A stretch of DNA of 64,000 nucleotides. It comes from Fistulifera solaris (lineage: Eukaryota). Every line of letters begins with the position of its first letter. Position 1 is the stretch's first letter. Below are positions 1 to 12,159 of the stretch, in pieces. The position numbers and the translations under genes are program-made. Location of the stretch: positions 186,001 to 250,000 of the forward strand of contig AP026154.1 in the NCBI GenBank assembly GCA_030295235.1, in the 5' to 3' direction. The notes below the pieces were generated by a model. That model had not been told where the DNA came from. It saw nothing but the letters and a program-made list of their open reading frames with translations, and made no database searches.

Positions 1-346
1 TTGCGTGACGGACTTTTTAGAGAGATTATAATCTGCCGAAACTTCTTTGCAGGTTGCTAAAGTTCTTGCTCTACCGTGCCGGCTGTTGCATTTTATTTAT
101 TTTTCTTTAAGGTAATAACATTCAAAACGGAATCATGGCATAGACATTGCAAGTATGACCAAAGATCCAACTGCCCGAAAACTAACGGATACCTTCAAAG
201 GCTTACACTCACAGAAGACGAGGAACTTTCTGCAAATCATATTGAATTCTTGTCATCGCTGTTGGTGTATTCTGTTAGACCGCTCGAACCGTGAAACATA
301 GTAAGGTCGCTATGCCCTTCGTTTCCTCTGTCGTCGTCGCGTGCGG

Positions 347-900
347 CTATTTTCTTCGAACTGGTCGTACTTCTTGAACTAACCGATGTATCGAATAATG
401 CACAATCCAATGCAATTTTCGGAAAAAATTACGGTGGCATCCGTCTTGACGTTTTGTGTGGCTTTTGGAGGTGAGGCCGGGCGGTCTGTTGGGCTTTTGA
501 GCATTCACGGCAGGTGGTTCTTTCGCTGAGACTGATTTGTCAAGGTTGATTGATAAATTAACCGCGGCGACGCCTTCGACATTATCGTGGTGCTGGGGCC
601 TATCGACGAAGAAATTTATCTCGTGCCTTTTACGTTTGCCTGTTTCGTGCCAACAGTAGGAGCTACCGGTACCGCTGGCCGTTTGCCTGACGCTAAAATT
701 GTTTCTCGCTGCGATAAGACCGAGTCTGATGAAAATATCGACGTCCACTGAAAGCTTTTCTTTAATTTACGACTTGCACTTTCAACTGCTTCTTCCCAGC
801 GATCGTAGCCAACTTTGCTATACATGAAAGTTCTTCGTCGCTGGTGCCTTGCTTTCAAATTATTCCTCACTGCACAAGCAAGGACACCTTTCTTTATTAC
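347..900 (-). pseudogene. 5'-truncated paralog of the neighbouring diatom-type uncharacterised gene (1608-2778)
   Basis: VRNNLKARHQRRRT...YDRWEEAVESASRKLK aligns by eye with IRNNAKVKRQRRRT...YDGLEEAIEKASRQIK of the next gene. Similarity stops near 900, where AT-rich and repeat DNA begins. Confidence 0.55.
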
Positions 901-1218
901 GTATTTTTTCCCTGATAATAAAACACTAATATTATTCCTAATTTTTTAATCGTCAGAATCTAATCTTGACATTCGACTGAATTTTCCAATTTTCATTCAC
1001 ATATATTTCAGTCCGATACTTCTCTGAGTAAGCTTTGGTTCTAACTCTCTAGCCTTAGTGCGCTAGTAGAGGGCCAGTCCCGAGCCCGTTTCCCAATGAG
1101 GGGGATTCCGTTTTGGCATTCCTTCTCTTGGATTTCGCAGAAGCATACTAACTGACCTGACCAGGGAAAGACTGACTCATGCGCGCCCGGATGAATTCCT
1201 TTTGTCCCTGTTCGGTAC

Positions 1219-1521
1219 CCAGATTATCTGGAGATGTCGAAATTCAACTCCCCTCTAGATTTTCTGGATACGTCAAAATTTAACACCCCCAGATTTTCTG
1301 GATGTTTCAAGTACTGGGAACGGCGTTAAAATTCTGCTTCCTCGTAGACGCTACGTAGAATCTTGTACTGGGAGGCACAATTTTAACGTCCTCACAACCG
1401 TACCTGGTACCAGACTCCCAGATTTTCTGGACAATACTCCCCAGATTTTCTGGACAAGTCGAAATACTACTCCCCCAGATTTTCTGGATACTTCAAAATA
1501 CCATAATCCCAGATTTTCTGG
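1219..1521. repeat. Degenerate array of 7 CCAGATTTTCTGG hairpin units (period mostly ~34 bp), interrupted by a ~75-bp hairpin element
   Basis: Cores start at 1219, 1255, 1289, 1418, 1441, 1475 and 1509. Same family as the array at 32588-33140. Confidence 0.85.
1315..1390. repeat. ~75-bp inverted-repeat (MITE-like) element, copy 1
   Basis: ggcgttaaaattctgcttcc ... ggaggcacaattttaacgtc forms a 20-bp inverted repeat with 3 mismatches. A second copy lies at 17581-17660. Confidence 0.7.
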
Positions 1522-1607
1522 ACAATTTTGACTTTCCATTGTTGCAATTCACAGGTGATGCATGAGACAACTCAAAATTGAAAGAGCTATAACTTGTTTA
1601 CACTTTG

Positions 1608-2778
1608 TTACAACGTATTATCGGAAAACTCTTCCGACCCAAAATCGCAGTCGACGATACTGGTTACGGATGATTCGGTTCCTTCCCACTCACAGTAGTT
1701 AACAATCGAATTTTGCGGAAATGTGGCATCCTGCGAAATGTCACCACTGGTCCGACTGCTCCGTTCGGTCATTTCGTTATTGGAAAAGGACGAAGTACTC
1801 GGTTCAGAGCGCAAGACTCGTTTTGGTGGACTTGCGTTCATTGCCGAGCAATCAGACTTTTGAAGGAAGGGTGTAGCCTTTCCGATGCCGCTGAAAGAAA
1901 TAAGTCCGTCAAGCTGTGTGACACGTGTCGCAATTCATTCGCATGATTGGGCTCTGATTGTTGCTGGTTCGACACGTTTCTCATTCCGTTCGCGAACGAA
2001 GCCGTCTCACTGTCACTTGTTTCGCTGGACCTTTCCGAAAACCTTCCTGGCAGTATATTTTGGTTGGAAAGATTGTCATTCGAAAACTTCGAACTCCGTC
2101 GAAATGAAACACTCTGCAATAAACCGTTCTTTATTTGCCGACTGGCCTTTTCAATAGCCTCTTCCAAGCCGTCATAGCAACTTTGAGCAGTTCTTCGCCT
2201 TTGCCTCTTCACTTTCGCGTTGTTTCGGATCGAAGCCACCATTTCTCGATTTGTGACACCCCACTCAGATAGAATTGTTTCTCTTTCTTCCCGACGAAGA
2301 ATCAGTTTGGTTATGCTCGTTTTTCGGTACAGAGTTCTTTGTTGCTCGTATTCTTCAATCTCGACACTTTCGTCGTGAAGGGCTGTCCAACCGATTCTGG
2401 AGGAAGAGAAAGGAGTGAGTACCAAACGTCTTTTAGCAAAGACACGAATCGAGAGACTTACGCTATTGGAGCACCAGCCGAACACGAAGGATGATCTCCA
2501 AGGATACGCTCGAATTGTTTTATCCTTACAGATGCGAAGCACACCTGTCGAGGTTTGCATTTAATCGGTGATGCCTGCGTAGGATGATCAATGACTGGCA
2601 GGCACGGCAACACTGTAATGTCCGATGTCAATGGAACTGGTCGATCTTTTTCGACAGTAGAGCAATTATCGACTCTATCACCCCATCTAGATGCTCCTCG
2701 TTTGGCGGTTCTGGCCAGCATGAGCGCCCCGTTGTTGTCTAAAGAAGCCAATACGACCGTTTCATCTAGCATAGCCAT
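1608..2778 (-). CDS. Uncharacterised diatom-type protein (V-F-V-I..R-ILGDHPSCSAGAPIAIGW family)
   Basis: ORFs 2458-2964 and 1838-2560 are joined by a GTAAG..CAG intron (~2398-2461), giving PIAIGW. The C-terminus ends at 1838 or continues by frameshift to 1608. Start uncertain. Confidence 0.65.
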
Positions 2779-3975
2779 GAAGCATAGAAAAGCGTCCTGC
2801 TGCGCAATTGAAAATGAATCAACACTATCGGGACACGCAAACAGGCATGCACAGGACGTTATGCGTCTAGGCCAGCAAGACTGTTGGTCCAATGAAGGTT
2901 GCCACTTCAGAATACAAAGTAAGAAGACGAGGTTGCCATAATTGACAATAATCCCAATCCACATTTTCGCTGAGAGTGAAGCGTGTTTCTCCTTTCTACG
3001 ATTGAATCAGCGAACATAAAGCTTGTCCGGCTTATTGCATTCGGCCGGCCCTTCGACAAAATTCCTGAGATGAATGAGGAAGATGGAAAGTATTCGGATT
3101 TCCCATTGCCCCCATTTTGCATTTCCGTTTTTGTTGCTCCAACTTCAAACTGTGCGACACAATACGCTATAGCCACATTCTGTTTCCTACTCCAAACTGA
3201 GCATTTAGCGCTTTTCTCGCTTGTCTTTGGGAACTTGGGACTCGGACCCACGACAATCTCTCAAGTTGTATGTTAGATTTTCAATAGGAGGTCTTCCCTC
3301 CGTAATCGTCGTGACGTCATCATCCAATCTTCTACTGATTCTATCATTATTGCTTGTAAAGATAGTTTGCAGGGTGTTTGTCCAATAAACATTCCATTCA
3401 CGTCTATTGTCATAAAGCTAAATACTCGATAACCAGTGTAATATTTCCTATTAACTTAGTCAAGTGCTTAGCACTTGAATCAAGTATTGTCGTTTGTATT
3501 TCAATACAGGAAAGCGACAGCAAGACAGAAAGAACAAAGAACTTTGAAAAGAAGGTCACTCATGACTAATCCTTAATGTTACGTATTTTCCGATTTTCCG
3601 TTTTTGTCCACCCTTTCTGCCTTCTGCGTTCGTGTTCTGTTACATGTCTGGCCGTCAGCCTACCGTCGATTTCCGGGTCCTTCTCGCCGGACTGTGAACT
3701 GTGACTGTGACTGGCCTACATTTTTTTGTCATGTGGGCGCGTGACTGGGCTTTGATTCTTTTTGTTCCACATCATTCGCATGCATGGTCCTGTCCATCCA
3801 ACGTGTCGATGTCATGCTTTTAAAAAACGAAATCGACTAATCGATATCGAAAGAAACAGGGAAAGGTTCCTTTATTCCTTCCTTTAACAAGCCCATGAAT
3901 CGTTATTCTCACTTTAAATACAATTGATGTTGTTGCTGTTGTTGTCGTTTAGCGGAAAAAAAACCGCAAATAAGA

Positions 3976-6900
3976 ATGTGTAAAGAACGCCAGGAAAATG
4001 ACAAGAACAATGTACTGCGTCGCTGGCCCGAAGAACGTCATATTGATCGCAATTGGCTTTCCTTAGTGATTGATCGATGGACGTTTCGCTACATGAACGA
4101 ACTATTAGATCGAGGAAAGATCAGAGATCCCAACGAAGTACAGCATCTCACACACGATGATTTATTCCCCGTCCCTTCCACCATGCGCGCGGAGTTTCTG
4201 TCACAGCAGTTTCGTTCCCTGTATCATCAGCATCGAGACAAGAAGGAAAGTCAATTAATCACTACTTTGTGGAAAATGGCGGCACCGACCTTTATTCCGG
4301 CGGGAGTGTGCCAACTTATCACTGTCGCTTGTCAAGTCGCGTTGCCCCTCTTGGTGCGAGAGCTTTTGCAAGTCCTGGAAGAGAACCCGAAACAACAAGT
4401 GATTTCTGAAGGGCTGCCGTATGCACTAGCATTGTTCTTTACCTCGGTACTCAATGCGTTCGGGAATCATCGACATCGACATTTGGCGATGAAGAGCGGT
4501 ATTGTGATGCGAGCTGCTCTGATTAATGTGCTCTATCAGCACGTCCTCCAACTTACACCTAAGGGCCGTGCGGGTTTGACGAGTGGTGAGGTCACCAATC
4601 TCTTGGCAGTGGACACGCAAAAACTTTACGAAGTAGCGCAAGAAGGACATTTGGTTTGGTCTTTACCTCTTACGGTGATTCTCGTGACATACTTTTTGGT
4701 GCGGACCTTGGGCTGGAGTGCTCTTGTGGGTGTAGCTACGCTAATTTTATTTGTTCCGATTGTGGAGCGGGTCACCGCGGCCATGATGTCGATTCGCAGT
4801 GAACGCGTGAAGTACACGGATCGACGTATTGAAATATCGACGGCAATGTTACAAGGAGTAAGTTAAAACCCCCGTTGCGGCAGTAAATGACACGCCACGA
4901 ACTGAACTCACAAGGGATTTACTTTAGATTAAAGTGACAAAGTTGAACAATTACGAAGAAAGCTATCGGGAACGAATCGAAAAAGTAAGAGAGGCGGAAC
5001 TGGCCGTATTGCGCAAGGAAATGGCGATTTGGGCAACGACGTTGATGATGATGGTCGTTTCTCCCGTACTGGCGACAGCTGCCGCGTTCGCTACGTACGT
5101 ACTAGTGGACGAGGATCATATTCTTACCGCAGCAAAGGCATTCGCTGTGCTTTTGTTGTTTGCTGCTCTACGATTTCCAATCAACTACGCTGGCCGCTTG
5201 ATAGGCAGTAAGTATTTGCACATCGGTCGATGTGTGATCGCAATTTTTGCAACTAACAAATTTTACGGGGCTTTCACAGAGGCATCTCAAGCCTTGTCGG
5301 CGATTTCTCGCGTTAAGCCTTTCTTGGAAGAGAAACGCGCGAGCCGACAGAGAAATCGGCACGGTTGGCAGAGAGTAATGAACCTCTCTTGTCTTTGAAA
5401 AACGCTGGCTTTGAGATTCCCTCGATATCAAATAACACTGGCGTTAGTAGTTTGCATATGAGTTTGAAAGAGGGAGGAGGTTCATTTTCTGTGGGTCGCG
5501 TTGAGTCGCAAGTCAAGCATGGGGAGGTGCTTTGCGTCTGCGGGCCTGTGGGTAGTGGCAAGACAACATTCGTGTCTGGTATTCTGGACGAATTACCAGC
5601 CATGGTCGGTTCCGAAATGACGATTCGAGGGAAAGGTTGCGTTTGTTCCACAAACGCCTTTTATTTTGAATGCAACATTAAGAGAAAATATTTTGTTTGG
5701 AGCACCATACGATCCTCAAATCTACGAAACGGTGTTGGATGTTTGCAATTTGAGGCACGACATCGAGCAGCTTGGAGAGGCAGGTGATATGACCGAAATT
5801 GGTGAACGAGGGGTGACGCTCTCTGGTGGTACGTTATACCTGCGATGCTTTTAATGTTGATGATGAACTTCTTCTAATCGCCTTCATTCAGGTCAAAAAC
5901 AAAGATTATCCTTGGCGCGTGCTGCGTATTCCCAACCCGACGTTGTAATTTTGGACGATCCTTTGTCGGCACTCGATGCTGGAACGGCCAAAATTGTTTT
6001 TGAAAAGATTAATTAAATCACATGACGCGTTCTTTTCTAACGCAGCAGTGATTTTAGTTACCATGCTTCCCACTTCCTTCATAAAGTTGATCGCATTCTA
6101 CTCGTTGTGGACGGTTCAAACAAATTTCTTGGAACGTGGAATGAATTCTTGACATTTGAGCCTAAAGATAAACAGACGATTCGAGCAGTAGAATTCATGC
6201 GGTCGTCTATACAAGATGGCGATGATAGCAAGAAGAAAGATGGGCAGTATGAGGGATTGGGTCACCGTGATGATTCGGTTGGACAAGGCAATAAGATAGG
6301 CGGAAAGCTAATGTCAGTTGAAGAAAGAGAACATGGATTGTCAAGCATTTTGGTTTGGTTACTATGGTTTCGACGAGCGGGTGGCTTTTCTTTTCTCTTT
6401 TTACAAATTCTGTTCATGGCGATTGATCGGTTTGCATATGTTGCTGTCGAATTTTGGCTTGCGACCTGGGTGAGAGGAGCAGATGAACCTGTTGAGATAA
6501 TGAGTATAAGTTTCGAACCGCAATCCAACGGCATCGAAGCTCAATACAAATATCTTTTGGTATACGCTCTGATTATTGCAGTCTCTGTTACCGCAACACT
6601 TCTACGTTCCGAGTGGGCCGGTAAGTCTATGTCAACAGTATGATAGTATGGGAACACGAAAATGTCTCTTGCTAACATAAAAGGCACTTTCAGTTACTGG
6701 TGGAGTTCGAGCAGCGCAGCGAGTGTTTCATTCTATGTTAGCAAGGGTGCTCCATGCCCCAATGTCATACTTCGAAACCACTCCAATGGGTCGCATCATC
6801 AATCGCTTCACATATGACATGGAAGTTATTGATGTTCTATTAACGCAAATCATGTCTGTTTTTCTCATTTCATGTTCATGGTATGTGGCTGGGGTTGTTA

Positions 6901-8286
6901 TCATGTGTTCCATCTTGCCTTGGATGGGACTGGCTATTTTCCAGTTACGCTCGCTTATTGGCAGCTACTGCTTCACTACCGTCGGACGGGGGCTGATTTA
7001 CAGCGCTTAGACGCTGTAGCGAGATCTCCCATTCAAGCCATGATCAGCGAAGGGCTTGATGGTGCGGCCTCGATACGCGTATTTAGAAAGGAACACAGTT
7101 TTTGAGCAGATTCTACAAAGCTGTTGATGTGAATAGTTCAGCTTTACTGTGCTTCATTTCAAGTCAGCGCTGGTTAGGTCTGCGGATCGAGCTACTGGGT
7201 TCAATCATTGTTTTAACATCGTCTTTACTTGTCATTTCCTTGAACCAAGTTTGGGAACTTGATCCTGGTGCTGGTAAGTCCTTGATGGTGGTAAGATTCG
7301 CAAACTTTTCTCGATCTTACGCGCCTATTGTAACTATCAGTTGGTCTATTAATTTTGTGGTCGGGCAACTTTACGATCACACTCGGGTTTCTGGTGGACA
7401 GCTTCTCCGATGTAGAAGCACACATTACTGCCATCGAGCGTGTTGATGCAATGACAAGCGTGCCCCAAGAAAAAGCCATGACGACTGATGCTGCAAACGC
7501 GGTACCCGATTCTTGGCCGAATCATGGAAAAGTCGAGTTTCAGGATGTCTGCTTACGCTATCGTCCAGGTCTACCTCTCGCACTGAATCAACTAAGTTTT
7601 GTCGTATCTCCAGGCCAACGATGCGGCGTTGTCGGTCGGACTGGAGCAGGCAAAAGTTCTTTGACTGTTGCACTATTTCGAATCGTCGAATTGGATTCAG
7701 GTCGCATATTGTTAGACGGAATTGATCTGGCGGGCCTCGGTTTATCGGATGTTCGTGGACGAGGTATGAGCATAATACCGCAAGATCCTTTTTGACTGGC
7801 ACCACGTTGCGTGAATGCTTAGATCCCTTTGGTGTGAAAGGGGATGGCGATATATTGGAGGCACTCAAAACGGTACGTTTAGCCGGTGAAGAGGCGGACG
7901 TAAAAGTTCTTGACACGCCGGTGCAAGAAGGTGGATCGAATTATTCTGTCGGAGAGCGACAGCTTCTTAATATTGCTTCTGCTCTACTGTCGCAACCACG
8001 TGTTCTTGTGCTAGATGAAGCGACGGCAAGTATCGATTACGAAACGGATGCGTTTGTGCAGCAAATGCTGCGCACAAGATTCACAAATACTACTTTGATC
8101 ACTGTCGCTCATCGACTGAATACTATTATGGATTATGATACGATTCTCGTGATGAATGAAGGCCGAGCGGCTGAAATAGGTCCACCCCAAGAGCTTTTAT
8201 CCAACGACATGAGTCTCTTTTCTCAGCTAGTCGATGCTACGGGTCCAGAAAGTTCCAAAGCTTTACGAAGCATGGCAACAAGCTAA
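3976..8286 (+). CDS. ABC transporter, subfamily C (MRP-like), TMD-NBD-TMD-NBD
   Basis: Walker A motifs GPVGSGKT and GRTGAGKS; signatures LSGG(Q) and YSVGERQ; Walker [21 protein letters not shown]. About 5 introns and several apparent frameshifts. Confidence 0.95.
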
Positions 8287-8352
8287 TACTTTATTTTTAG
8301 AAAGATCATATAAATAGAGATATATTTAGTTTAGCGCTTCTTCTTTGCTTGT

Positions 8353-9744
8353 CTACGATTTCTTTCCAAAAACGTTCGATTTGGATTGAGCTGCTGTCAA
8401 TTTGTTCCATAGCTGATGCTGTTCCAGTAGCGGAACGAGACCGGGAGTTCCACTGAACAAGCCTCCAATGGACTCTCCTCCGATGAAAATATGCGGCAAC
8501 GATGACTGTCCTGTATTCTCCAACAGAGCCGCCCGCAGCACCGGTTCTTTCAATAAACCAGGGATCCATTCGAGTCCCAACGATACTTCTTTGTATTCAA
8601 TTTTTAGACGGTCGAGTAACGCTTTGGTTTCGGTGCAGAACGGAGACAGATCGTACGTGTACACGACGACCGGATGCGATACCGTCATGGCTTCAATTTG
8701 GGAAGCAGCTTCTCGTATGCTTTGTGCGTATTGTTCGGGGTCGGCACCACGACTCCCTGCTTGCCATTGCGCCACCCATGTCAACAACGGTCGGACAGTG
8801 GGCAACACGACATCCGATGCCCACTGCAATACTTCATTCGGCGGCGTCCATCGCGCGTAGGTTTGATACAAATACGCCACAATCTCTTTGCTTTCGGGCA
8901 TACTGGTGCCGGTATTGGGATCGACGAGAAAGGGGCACAGGGTGGATCCGCGTTTCGCCAATTCGGCCCGCCGGGGCGATTGTTTCCCCGCATTGCGTAA
9001 TTCGTACGGGACATCCAGTTCACACAGCACTTCGCGCACGAGACGACAAAATTGATTGCCTTCGTAAGAATATAGTAGTAATGGTTGTTCGGGATAGTCG
9101 GAGCGGGCGGCCGTAATCACTTGACGTCCTCTTCCGTATCGCAACAATTCGGCTAGATAATTTCCCAAGTCGAGCAGAATCAACTTGGCCGTCGCCACCA
9201 GTGTCTGATCCGTGGTATCTGTTGATTGCGAAGAAGGGTATTTTGTATCCAGATAGTCGAGAATCTCCGCAGCTCCCGACAAAGATTGTCCGTTGGCCAA
9301 TACCATGTGCGGCAACGTGAAAGAAGAAGAAGAAGAAGAAGGAGGAGGAGGAGGATATTTTTGGGTCGACCAGATCTTGGAATTGGGAGCGGCCGGAAGG
9401 ACCGTGGTAACACATAAATCCAGTTCCGTGAGACGCTCTCGTACTTGTCGACAATCTCGATCATTTTCGATATCATACAAGTATTTGATCGATCGTTGGA
9501 TCGGATCGGTTTGTGTCACCGTGACACCCTGCGTCAAACGGACGATGCTCACGAGACCGGACGTAAATGTATCGAAGGGCCCCGGTATCGACATAAACCG
9601 AGGTTGAAGTCTTTGTCGTGAAAGCACAGATTGCTGCGTAATTGATGTTGTGGTTGTGAAGGCGTTGGAAAGTGTTGCATTCCAGCAAGCGTAGCAAAAA
9701 GTAATGAGAGTGATGGAAAAAGTATTCCTGCGGAGAGGAGTCAT
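8353..9744 (-). CDS. Probable plastid-targeted protein with three thioredoxin-fold domains (two GST-N-like plus a glutaredoxin)
   Basis: Signal peptide ending LSNA-F. Motifs YDIENDRDCRQVRE, YSYEGNQFCRLVREVLCEL...PFLVDPNTG, and YTYDLSPFC...SLPHIFIGGESIGG. Confidence 0.8.
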   Translation of the reverse strand: MTPLRRNTFSITLITFCYACWNATLSNAFTTTTSITQQSVLSRQRLQPRFMSIPGPFDTFTSGLVSIVRLTQGVTVTQTDPIQRSIKYLYDIENDRDCRQVRERLTELDLCVTTVLPAAPNSKIWSTQKYPPPPPSSSSSSFTLPHMVLANGQSLSGAAEILDYLDTKYPSSQSTDTTDQTLVATAKLILLDLGNYLAELLRYGRGRQVITAARSDYPEQPLLLYSYEGNQFCRLVREVLCELDVPYELRNAGKQSPRRAELAKRGSTLCPFLVDPNTGTSMPESKEIVAYLYQTYARWTPPNEVLQWASDVVLPTVRPLLTWVAQWQAGSRGADPEQYAQSIREAASQIEAMTVSHPVVVYTYDLSPFCTETKALLDRLKIEYKEVSLGLEWIPGLLKEPVLRAALLENTGQSSLPHIFIGGESIGGLFSGTPGLVPLLEQHQLWNKLTAAQSKSNVFGKKS

Positions 9745-9981
9745 GATGGCAGACAAAACGCGTTCCTCGTAACAATACTTGCTTTATTGCGCTGTTTTCA
9801 TGAAATACTTTATCTTTAGTGATGAAACGATCAAGACAATCGGATAGTTGATTACATCATCCTTGAAAGATCGACTCCACTTGTATCTCGTGTTTCTGTT
9901 ATTATTGTCAAGAAAATAGAACGGCGTTTCAAGGCAAGGGCACTTTATGTCTATAGCTCCAAAATGTAGGCGACTTTTGGC

Positions 9982-10002
9982 CACGACTGGAATTCAGTCA
10001 CG
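9982..10002. promoter_or_regulatory. Intergenic dyad GACTG-N5-CAGTC (representative copy; see findings for the others)
   Basis: Cores also at 10422, 13755, 40635 and 40898, with one-mismatch copies at 44124 and 62295. Function is inferred from position only. Confidence 0.5.
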
Positions 10003-10469
10003 TGACTATTCTATTATTTTTTCGTCGAATTGATTCGCTTTCGACGCCGTTGAAGCCTTTCTCTTGCCGCGTCGAGCAGACTATCCGAAAAGTGCCGGAC
10101 CGCATTCCGAGAATTTATTAAGCTTATGTCCTAATTCCAACAAGAGAACTGGAACACTATGACAAGTTAGCGAATCACAAACGACCCCGTAGACGGAAAT
10201 CCACCGAACCAAGTTGCAGATTCGAATGAAAACCTCGGTACGCTTTCCTTGGCGCCATTAGTTCATGAAAAATTATTTCATTCACATAATGGTATTTTTG
10301 TATGCTACACTTGGAATCATCGAATTCATCATGATTCATTCTATTGCAACATTGCCATTCCTCACGGATCCTGAACTCCAAAATGTACTATGGAACCTAA
10401 GTGTAAGCCGGACTTCGCCATGACTGGATTTCAGTCATGAGGTTCGTAGTTGCGGATTGGCTTTCTGTG

Positions 10470-11723
10470 CTATGAGGCAAGAACGGTGGGATCATAATAA
10501 TCACCCCACAAATCTAGCTCGGTAGCAACTTTATCTAAGCACATCATACCACAGGCACTGTCTTTCCACAGACAGTCCGCATCGGGACGGAAATTACCAG
10601 CATCGTCACAGGGCAGGACTGGATGACATCGTTCGCGCACACTTTGCTGTGCCTGACGAAATCGCTGCACTTGTTCCTGTACATGATCGCGTCCCAGTTG
10701 ATCAATTGTGAGGTCTAAGGATCGATTGGCGGCATTGTACAACATTAAATCGTACTTAATTTCGTTGTACCAATCGTCACTTTCTAAAAATGCCTGCATA
10801 TCCGGTGTCAAAATAGATGGTTGCAGGAAGTTACACTTGCGATATTTGCCATTCGAATCATAACTGGCCCCACTTTGTTTCGCCGGAACGTACAAAATAT
10901 CCGACATGGGTAATTGTAAAAGTAACATCAGCACGACCAACGACTCGTCCAATCGTTCGGTGATACCGATAAAATTGTATTCCTGCAGAATCTCTTGTGC
11001 GACTTGAATAGGATCGTGAATGTTTCGATTGAATTGTTGGTTGAGATAGAGAGATTGTAGGTAATAATCGCGTTTCGCTTGAGGGTCTGGTTGCAACAAG
11101 GACCGTTGAAAATTCGCGATCGAGTCGTTTCGTTTGGAAACTCGAAAATGAAAAAATCCGCTCACGGCACGTGCCGTAGGTTCTCGCAATACGGTCCACA
11201 AAAAGGATCTTGTGGAACTACGATCAGCATACAATGTGTGTGCCGGAAAGGGTTGAGGGCCGTGTGTGAAGCGGGCTTGACACATCGAGAATTTGTATTG
11301 TCGCTGCGCCAGTTGTTGAGCCATGCGAATTTGAACGCCCGCTACCGTACTACTGGCACATTTGTACGGTTTGACGAATAAGAACCCTTGTTGGGTAGGA
11401 GTTTGTTGCACACTTTGTCGATCCCAGGTGGATTCGGCGGGAAAACATGGTAAAGGAGCCGTCCAAGTCTCGAACACTCGGGGTCTTAAAGTGTTGTTAA
11501 AGATGTGCTCTTCATTGTCCCGTGGGATAATATGAAAAGAATCCTTTTCTGCATTATCAGTGGAAGCTTTTCGATGATACATTGTTTCTACTACGGCCAG
11601 GTTGTACGAATGCTCTGTCAGTAAATTAAAGAATCTATTTGTCAGCGCCACAGACATGCAAAACAGCATGCAAATGCAAAGTTTGCGTCCTTTTCGTCGT
11701 CGATAAGGATAAAACTGAGTCAT
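10470..11723 (-). CDS. Golgi-type carbohydrate sulfotransferase (Gal-3-O-sulfotransferase-like)
   Basis: N-terminal TM anchor; 5'-PSB-like FVKPYKCASST; 3'-PB-like LREPTARAVSGFFH; FIGITERLDESL. Confidence 0.8.
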   Translation of the reverse strand: MTQFYPYRRRKGRKLCICMLFCMSVALTNRFFNLLTEHSYNLAVVETMYHRKASTDNAEKDSFHIIPRDNEEHIFNNTLRPRVFETWTAPLPCFPAESTWDRQSVQQTPTQQGFLFVKPYKCASSTVAGVQIRMAQQLAQRQYKFSMCQARFTHGPQPFPAHTLYADRSSTRSFLWTVLREPTARAVSGFFHFRVSKRNDSIANFQRSLLQPDPQAKRDYYLQSLYLNQQFNRNIHDPIQVAQEILQEYNFIGITERLDESLVVLMLLLQLPMSDILYVPAKQSGASYDSNGKYRKCNFLQPSILTPDMQAFLESDDWYNEIKYDLMLYNAANRSLDLTIDQLGRDHVQEQVQRFRQAQQSVRERCHPVLPCDDAGNFRPDADCLWKDSACGMMCLDKVATELDLWGDYYDPTVLAS

Positions 11724-12159
11724 TGATTGCTTTAATTTACAACAACCATTATAAAATTGTGCTCTGTGATGAATGGAGAGAAGGAACTGATTCACTTATT
11801 GCGAAACAAAGGAATGATTAGCAACAAAACTCAACGGATGAAATGTTTGCTCTTTGCTGTGCCGCCTTGCGCTGTCACCGTGTCGGAGTGTGTAGCACAA
11901 TTTTACACTTTGATAGCGTATACGACACGATGATGATTCGAGCGCTATCATCTACACGAAATACGACGTAGTCTAGTCTCTAAAATGACTGGTCTCGTCG
12001 AAGAAGATAGCCATCTTTAGATTTGAATTTTTCAGTGATCATTCTACCACGTCGCTTCGACTATTCGTCTCATTTATATCATTCAAACATTTTACAATAG
12101 CAGCTACGGTAACAAACACCACTTATTCAAGTAATGACTACTCTTCAAAGCTTCGATAT

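Noticed and set aside
1045..1090. Minus-strand Helitron 3' end (GGGC..GCCC hairpin plus CTAG)
   Set aside because: The stem is weak and the CTAG is not followed by the T target base.
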